From: Octopus vulgaris
Lineage: Eukaryota
Assembly: GCA_951406725.2 (NCBI GenBank)
Contig: OX597831.1
Coordinates: 41,540,001-41,604,000 of the forward strand
Length of the DNA stretch: 64,000 nt
Direction: 5' to 3'
In this document: piece after piece, positions 56,282 to 64,000 of the stretch
Numbering within the stretch: the first letter of the stretch is position 1
Layout of the letters: every line of letters begins with the position of its first letter
Translations under genes and position numbers: made by a program
The notes under the pieces: generated by a model
What the model was told of the DNA's origin: nothing
The model's input: the letters and a program-made list of their open reading frames with translations, nothing else
Databases searched by the model: none

Positions 56282-56677
56282 CTAGCAGTATCGCCCGGCG
56301 TTGCTCGGATTTGTAAGGGAAATAACTATATAAGCATTTTTAGAGATGTAAAGTATAATAACCATCTCAATATGGCTAACCACAAAGGGGGGGGGGTGTT
56401 ACTGTAGCTTTTTACGTTCTGAGATTTAATAATAAATTTTTAGAGAGTTACTTCCCTTATATATGCCAAAAATGCATTAAAAATGGGAAAAATTGATGGT
56501 AAATTATTTTAAAAATCATAGGCTCATCGTAGATGCGCGCTAATACCCAGAAGGGCTCGATATGAATCACGACTATAAGATACCAGGTTTTGGCTAAACT
56601 GCACCGAAAAATGTTGGAATAGTTAGGAATCTAAATCGTAGGAGACAGACACACAACCTCACTTTTATATATAAAGA
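56282..56677 (-). mobile_element. Non-autonomous Helitron-like element (same family as 19247-19759)
   Basis: Shares the actagcagtatcgcccggcgttgctcgg end and the internal block gggctcgatatgaatcacgactataagatacc. Confidence 0.75.
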
Positions 56678-57169
56678 TATATAGATGTTTTCAATCTAAT
56701 TTGAATTCTTTGCAATCAAATTAGAATTTTTCAATTGGTGCTCAAGCCTCGAAAAAAAAAAAAAAAAGAGTTAAACTACATCAGCCGTAAGGGAATACAA
56801 GTCTCTCTTATCTAACTCATCCCGTAGAGCCCACCAATTGATATCTGAAAAGTTCGATGAAATAACTCATGAACACTGTGATAGCTTGTACCAAAAGAAT
56901 CTCCGTTACGTCGACCGGTCTGAACAAGGGGAGATAATAGAAGCCTAATACTTATTCTATTGCTGTCTTTTGCTGAACCGCTAAGTTATAGGGACATCGA
57001 CTTGCCAGCATTGGATGTCAAGTGATGGTGAGGGAACAAACACAGACACACACACATGCAAATATATATATATATATATATATGTATAATTATTAAGCAG
57101 GACAGCAAACATTAAGGCAAGGCAAACATCTCAAGTCATATACAATATTATTATAGGAAGAAATTTAAA

Positions 57170-57225
57170 ACCTTACAGCTGTTTCTGGGATATCCCTCAG
57201 TATGGGATATTCTGTCATCAGAGAC
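57170..57225 (-). ncRNA. Minimal type I hammerhead ribozyme
   Basis: Minus strand: gtct-CTGATGA-cagaATATCCC atactga GGGATATccca-GAAAC AGCT GTA-aggt. Confidence 0.7.
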
Positions 57226-57724
57226 AAAATCTTCCTTTGTCTTCTCATCCTCTCTCTTATCTCCTTGGCTTCCCTGTACACAATTCTTAGACACTATACA
57301 CCTATACACCTTACTTCATCCTACAGCCAATCCTTAAAATCCCCCCTACCTCACTCTATCTACCTCTCTTTCTATTTATGTTCTTTTCTTAACTTTTACC
57401 ACTTAATAGCCACTTTCACTACCATTCTGTTATTGAACATTGGTATGTTCATGTCTTTTTCTTAGGATGTCTACTATATCAGGATTTTAACCCACTTGAG
57501 TATACACAGGATTGCACCTAAGAACTTACACTCATGGATCTATGCAAGATTGCACCTAAGGACTCATGCTCCGGTTTCTATAACTCCGGAAAGTTGAACT
57601 ATGAACTTTTATGCCTCTTTTTCATCTTTCTTTCCATCTCCTTATTCTTTTACTCCCTTCCTCTATGTCATCGTCTTATTAATATATACCATTCTCATTT
57701 TTCCAATTTTTTTCTCCCTATTTT

Positions 57725-57780
57725 GTCTCTGATAATGGAATATCCCATACTCGGGGATATCCCAGAAACAGCTGTAAGAT
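57725..57780 (+). ncRNA. Inverted sister copy of the 57170 hammerhead (core G>A)
   Basis: gtct-CTGATaA-tggaatatccc atactc ggggatatccca-GAAAC AGCT GTA-agat. Confidence 0.65.
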
Positions 57781-58139
57781 ATCTGCAAGGGCTCCATAAC
57801 TACCACCTCGGCTGTAACCTTGAAGCCCCAGTAATCTGTTACCTAGCGTACCTAACTGTTTAGATCACCTGGGAACTAAACCCCCATATGTGTATATATA
57901 CATTTATACAAGGTGATGGTTCTTTATATTATTTTAATTGACAGAGATTACAAAGTTTCTTGAAGGGTGATAGTTTCATGCATAGCCTATATTGAACTAG
58001 CTATTTATAGGTGGAAAATACTCACTCACACATACACACACATGCACACAAACACACATATATGGAGATAAATAGCTAGCTAGATAGTTAGACAGATAGA
58101 GAAATATAGATACAAATATAGTGCATGTGTCTACATGCA

Positions 58140-58190
<51 letters not shown>

Positions 58191-58432
58191 TCATCATCAT
58201 CATCATCGTTTAGCGTCCGCTTTCCATGCTAGCATGGGTTGGACGGTTCAACTGGGGTCTGGGAAGCCAGAAGGCTGCACCAGGCCCAGTGTGATCTGGC
58301 AATGTTTCTACGGCTGGATGCCCTTCCTAACGCCAACCACTCCATGAGTGAAACAGTGGGGCTCATATATATATATGTACATATATACATATATATATAT
58401 GTATATCTATTATATGTATACATATATGTAAT

Positions 58433-59001
58433 ATATATCAAACTAAAGTTATTGAACAAACAAATGCAAGGTCATCCGCATAGCATTTCATAATTCGAAC
58501 ATTTAATCATAGAATATACATATAAACATCCCGCAAGATGGAACATAATTCATCTGTACAAGCATATAGCATATAATAATAATAATCAGGTGCGAGAAAA
58601 AAAACATTTTTTCATCTCAGTTTAGAGTTAATACTTTAGTGATTCAGAAAAATACATTTTTTAATAAAAAAAAACCATTACAACACCTATAGAGTAAAAA
58701 TATAATATAAAGTAATATATAAAAATATATAGGTATATAAAGATATATAAAATATATAATGGTTTTTTTTTAATAAAAAAATGCATTTTTCTGAATCGCT
58801 AAAGTATTAACTCTAAACTGTGATGTAAAAAATTTTTTTTCTCGCACCTTATTATTATTATATGCTATATGCTTGTACAGATGAATTATGTTCCATCTTG
58901 CGGGATGTTTATATGTATATTCTATGATTAAATGTTCGAATTATGAAATGCTATGCGGATGACCTTGCATTTGTTTGTTCAATAACTTTAGTTTGATATA
59001 T
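58433..59001. repeat. Long inverted repeat, arms about 245 bp
   Basis: 58433-58680 is the reverse complement of 58757-59001 with few mismatches. Confidence 0.92.
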
Positions 59002-59256
59002 TTGTCTCTTTCAATAGAGCACTTCTATAGCAGTCCTATTAATCTTTTTGTTCCTGACAAGAAACAATCACTGTATTATTGATATTGATATGTAATATAT
59101 ATACGCACACACACATATATATTGATATGTATATATATATATATATATATATCTTCTTAGCCCTCCTTTGTGACCCCTCTGTCCGGCATTCGCCATGATA
59201 GATCACTAGCCACTAAACCTTTTTTTTAATTTCTCTCCCTTTTTATTTCTGTGTTC

Positions 59257-59292
59257 CTTTCTGTTGAAGAGCATAGGCTTGAAACATAAAAG
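59257..59292 (+). ncRNA. Variant or degenerate minimal hammerhead
   Basis: CTTT-CTGtTGA-aGAGC atag GCTT-GAAAC-aTA-AAAG. Confidence 0.5.
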
Positions 59293-59555
59293 ACTTTCTC
59301 ACTTCCTGAGCGTTAAACTAATACATCTGTTTGTTGTTTACACACCCATCTTTGTCTTTTGTTTTTCTTTAAATTCTCACTATATATATGAAAGTTTAAG
59401 TCACTCATAACATAAACTAATAGGTATGTGGGGGTGAATGTTCTGAATGATAAGCTGTTAGGATCCAAGTTCACAACAGGGTGACTGGAGCCAAGGTAGC
59501 CACTATCCAGTAGGGAGAAAACTAATGATCTACAGCCTACCTTTGAGCCACTAGG

Positions 59556-59756
59556 TATAATTTAAAGAAGAGGAAAACATAATCAAAGCAAGACAAGTTT
59601 ATCAGTTAATTTGAATTAATTTAATGCTGAAGTGAAATAAGCAAAAATAAAAATATTTTAAGTTTTTGCTTATGTCACTTCAGCATTGAAAGGATTTAAA
59701 TGAACTGGTAAGTTTGTGCAGACTTGATTTTATTTTCCTCTTCTTTAAATTCTATA
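59556..59756. repeat. Imperfect palindrome of about 200 bp
   Basis: aatttaaagaagaggaaaa pairs with ttttcctcttctttaaatt; aatgctgaagtga pairs with tcacttcagcatt. Confidence 0.75.
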
Positions 59757-59962
59757 TGTACATATGTATATCTATTAATGCTTGTATTATGTTTGCTTGT
59801 AATAAAAACAATTTTATATTTATCTGATGGATTGATGGATTACTGTATACTTTTGGGGAGGCAGTCTGACAATGGCTTAACTGGATAAAACTTCAAAGTC
59901 ACTGTCAATACCATTCTTATTTATAAATAAGGAATATATATATATATATATATACGTATATG

Positions 59963-60005
<43 letters not shown>

Positions 60006-60092
60006 TTATATATATATAACGTTAATAAAATAGATGGAAAGAGTAATACATGTTATTGCTTTACTCATCTATTTATATATTTTAATTTCTCC

Positions 60093-60139
<47 letters not shown>

Positions 60140-60178
60140 GTATATGTATATATGTATATATGTGTATATATATATCCA

Positions 60179-60296
<118 letters not shown>

Positions 60297-60888
60297 ATTT
60301 ATATATATATAATACCTTGGATCGTAGGGCGACCTATTGAGTTAAGTACATTAGCATCAAAATAAATATCAAATGGAAATTGTAGTCGTGATACAGCTAC
60401 AATTTTATGTGCCAGTAGCACATAAAAAGCACCATCCAAACGTGGCCGATACCAGCGCCGCTTTGACTAGCATCTGTGCCAGTGGCACAAAAAAAGCACC
60501 AACCGATCATGGACATTGCCAGCCTCATGTGGCCCTGTGCCAGTGACACGTAAAAAGCACCCATTACACTCACGGAGTGGTTGGCGCTAGGAAGGGCATC
60601 TAATTGTAGAAACACCGCCAGATCAGACTGGAGCCTGGTGCAGCCTCCTGGCTTCCCAGACCCTGGTCGAACCATCCAACCCATGCTAGCATGGAAAACG
60701 GACGTTAAACGATGATGATGATGAGGTTATATATATATATGCATATATATGTGTGTGTGTGTAATATATGATTGTTATACATCAGATCATTGTGCACTCA
60801 AACAAATTTATACCTTACACTTGTGGCTCCACCGGTGATTATTGATTATTGATAAACATAGAATACACACACACACGCACATGCTCAC

Positions 60889-60967
<79 letters not shown>

Positions 60968-60971
60968 GATA

Positions 60972-61047
<76 letters not shown>

Positions 61048-61301
61048 ATTATTATTATTTGAGGAAATAAAATCCAAACTTACAAGGAAAAAATTCAATT
61101 TAGAAATACTAAATCAAATTTCACACAATATAATAAAAAAATTAGAAAAAAATCACCTTTTATCAATTCAAAATGAACAATTAAATTACACCATCTAGAA
61201 AATTACATATAATAGAAATATTAAAATTAAAATAACAATAAAATGTCAATGATTAAGTAAATTGCAAAAAATAATAATAAAAACATATATAATAGGTAGA
61301 A

Positions 61302-61390
61302 TAATGACACACGTTTCATGGCTATATGTAAGAAATGATTATAGTAGTAGAGAAATCACTTCAATATAAATATAGTCACTCATCAGGTTA
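61302..61390 (-). ncRNA. Hammerhead motif with long stem II
   Basis: Minus strand: taac-CTGATGA-GTGACTATA...TATAGCCAT-GAAAC GTGT GTC-atta. Confidence 0.65.
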
Positions 61391-61699
61391 AAAATAAACT
61401 AGAACAATAAAATAATTAATTAATAAATATACTTTAATATATATATATATATATGTATGTATATATATATGTGTGTGTATATATATATATGTATGAAAAT
61501 ACTAAATATACATATGTGAAAAATAAAATAATTCTTAAATTATTAAATACTTTAAAATTAAATAAAATACACAAAGCTAGTACAAGTCATTAAATTGTAA
61601 TCAAAATAAGAAATTGTTCAAATATGGACAATCTCCTTAAATAAGCTAACCATATAATAAATATACATGTGTAGTATCTATAGATTTAATATAACAATC

Positions 61700-62381
61700 T
61701 ACCCCACTTCATTGGACACTAAACTCTGCTTGCGAAGACCTGTTGGGGCAAATGAAATCGAAATCGGAATCGAAATTGAACCAATCTTATGACTGGCACC
61801 CAGCAGTTGCCAGGACCGCTGGACTGACTCCTGTGCAGGTGGCAAGTGAAGAAACACCATTTTGACCCTGTGCTTGAGGAGATCCATTGAGTCAAGTACA
61901 CTGACATCAAAATCAATGGAAACTGCAGTTGTGATCCCTGAGCCGGTGGCACGTAAACAGCACCATCTGAAGGTGGCCGATGCCAATGCCACCTAGACTG
62001 GCTTCCGTGCCGGTGGTACGTAAAAAGCGCTATCCGAATCGTGGCCGATGCCAGCGTCGCCTCGACTGGCTTCCGTGCTGGTGGCACGTAAAAAGTACCA
62101 TCCGAATTGTGGCCGATGCTAGTGCTGCCCCGACTGGCTTCCGTGCCGGTGGCATGTAAAATGCACCAATCCGATCGTCGCACCGGTGCAGGTGGCATGT
62201 AAAAAGCACCCACTACACTCACGGAGTGGTTGGCGTTAGGAAGGGCATCCAGCTGTAGAAACACTGCCAGATCAGACTGGAGCCTGGTGCAGCCTTCTGG
62301 CTTCCCAGATCCCCGGTCGAACCGTCCAACCCATGCTAGCATGGAGAACGGACGTTTTACGATGATGAGGATGATGATGAT
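61700..62381 (+). mobile_element. RTE-type 3' UTR/SINE tail with about 60-bp tandem subrepeats
   Basis: Repeats of gactggcttccgtgccggtggcacgtaaaaagcaccatccga followed by the same tail as 46800-46970. Related copies near 44150-44500, 58190-58345 (-) and 60410-60723. Confidence 0.8.
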
Positions 62382-63429
62382 AACAAAGTTGACTAAATAT
62401 CGTATAATATAATACCTAATTAACTTAAAATTTAATATTACAAATACTTAAGCCACCTAATAATAAAATAATATATTGTCTGACGAAATTAATTCTTAAA
62501 TTAAATTAAATGTAATATGTTAGATCCCTTTATATATAAATATATATACTAAAAAAAAAAGAGAGATAAAAGAATTAATATATATCTTAACTTAATTTAT
62601 CTATCAATAAATATAAAACGTTATAATAGCGAGAATAATATGTTAATGGAAAGTAAGAAAACCTATCAACCCCCAAAATTAAAGAAAGGTGCAAAAATAT
62701 TAGAACCAAAGAACAATACACTATGAAGATGTACAATCACAATCACCAGTCCTCTACAAAACCAGTCAACAACAATAACAATAATAACAACGATCAAACT
62801 CAAAATAATATCTAACTAATATTGATAAACAAACTAAATCACTAAGTTCAACGATTATGTTAATCTATCTGGATTTTAAACGTATTAATATGTTTTAGCG
62901 TCTAATTAATATACTCAATATGATTCCATTCATAAATAATACCATCAAAATTTTAAATAGAACAAATATACTCAAATCCATTATATAAACTAGTTATATT
63001 AATATCCATGTATAATATCTATAGATTAAATATATCACACGATAAAAAAGTTAGACATAAACTTTATATTAAAATTAAAATTAGTTTATTTAAAAATATT
63101 ACTATTTAATGAAAATACTATCTAATTATTAAAAGAAATATAGTCTAACAATATTAATTCTTAAATTAATTAATATGTAAAACGTTAAAATCTTTTATAA
63201 CAATTAAAGGATAACATATTCAACATCGAGCGTAAAAAATCCTATCAAGAAACTATAAATAAATAATAATATTACAACAACAATAATAATATCAACAATA
63301 ATAATAATTTCAAACACACAACGATTCAAAATTCGAATGAAATAGAGAAACGATAAAAGGTCAAACTTAGCTTTGCGAAGTGAAAGAGTATATGTATATA
63401 TATGTATATGTATATACACATATACATAC

Positions 63430-63471
<42 letters not shown>

Positions 63472-63513
63472 GTATATTTATTAATTAATCATTTTATTGT
63501 TCTAGTTTATTTT

Positions 63514-63602
63514 TAACCTGATGAGTGACTATATCTATATCGAAGTGATTTCTCTACTACTATAATCATTTCTTACATATAGCCACGAAACACGTATCGT
63601 TA
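63514..63602 (+). ncRNA. Hammerhead motif, inverted sister of 61302-61390
   Basis: TAAC-CTGATGA-GTGACTATA...TATAGCCAC-GAAAC ACGT aTC-GTTA. Confidence 0.65.
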
Positions 63603-63700
63603 TTCTACCTATTATATACGTTTTTATTATTATTTTTTGCAATTTACATAATCATTGACATTTTATTGTTCATTTTGAATTGATAAAAGGTATCTTTTTC

Positions 63701-63754
<54 letters not shown>

Positions 63755-64000
63755 GTATATAATAGGTGCAGGTATAGCTGTGTGGTAAGAAGCTTGATTT
63801 CTAAGCACATGGTTCTGGGTTCAGTCCCATTGTGTGGCAACTTGGGCAAGTGTCTTCTGCTACAGCCTTGGGCTGACCAAAGCCTTGTGAGTGGATTTAG
63901 TAGATGGAAACTGAAAGAAGCCTGTCGTATACATGTATATGTCTGTGTGTCTGTGTTTGTCTCCCCACCAACGATTGATAATCAATGTTGGTGTGTTTAT

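Larger units (their letters stand above)
61047..63710 (+). mobile_element. Penelope-like remnant with inverted terminal pseudo-LTRs, each carrying a hammerhead
   Basis: 61135-61445 is the reverse complement of 63463-63710, apart from one deletion. The AT-rich decayed interior holds a nested RTE tail. The same family appears at 53123-53620. Confidence 0.6.

Noticed and set aside
61930-62210. Regularly spaced repeats resembling a CRISPR array (also 44150-44300, 10270-10750, 14620-14940)
   Set aside because: The units are tandem with no unique spacers, no cas genes are present, and the context is eukaryotic.

Overview
Eukaryotic, AT-rich and saturated with microsatellites and transposons. The tRNA-derived SINE and RTE repertoire looks cephalopod/octopus-like, which is an inference from recalled families. 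Two host genes face each other tail-to-tail. The first is the terminal coding exon of a GH99 glycoprotein endo-alpha-1,2-mannosidase (MANEA-like, + strand, 3508-4332). The second is four spliceable exons of an SLC16/monocarboxylate-transporter-like MFS gene on the - strand (39173->33692); its first coding exon was not found. The last exon of this gene and its flank are duplicated about 10.8 kb downstream, with only silent changes. The rest is SINEs, RTE and R4-like LINE fragments, non-autonomous Helitrons, mariner elements, foldback MITEs and Penelope-like remnants. The most striking unannotated signal is about a dozen hammerhead-ribozyme motifs (CTGANGA...GAAAC...GTH), from several unrelated sequence families, often inside inverted-repeat structures next to (TA)n tracts. 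Three of them lie in the sense orientation between the two copies of the transporter's last exon. Almost all short ORFs in the supplied track are microsatellite artefacts. All alignments and folds were done by eye.
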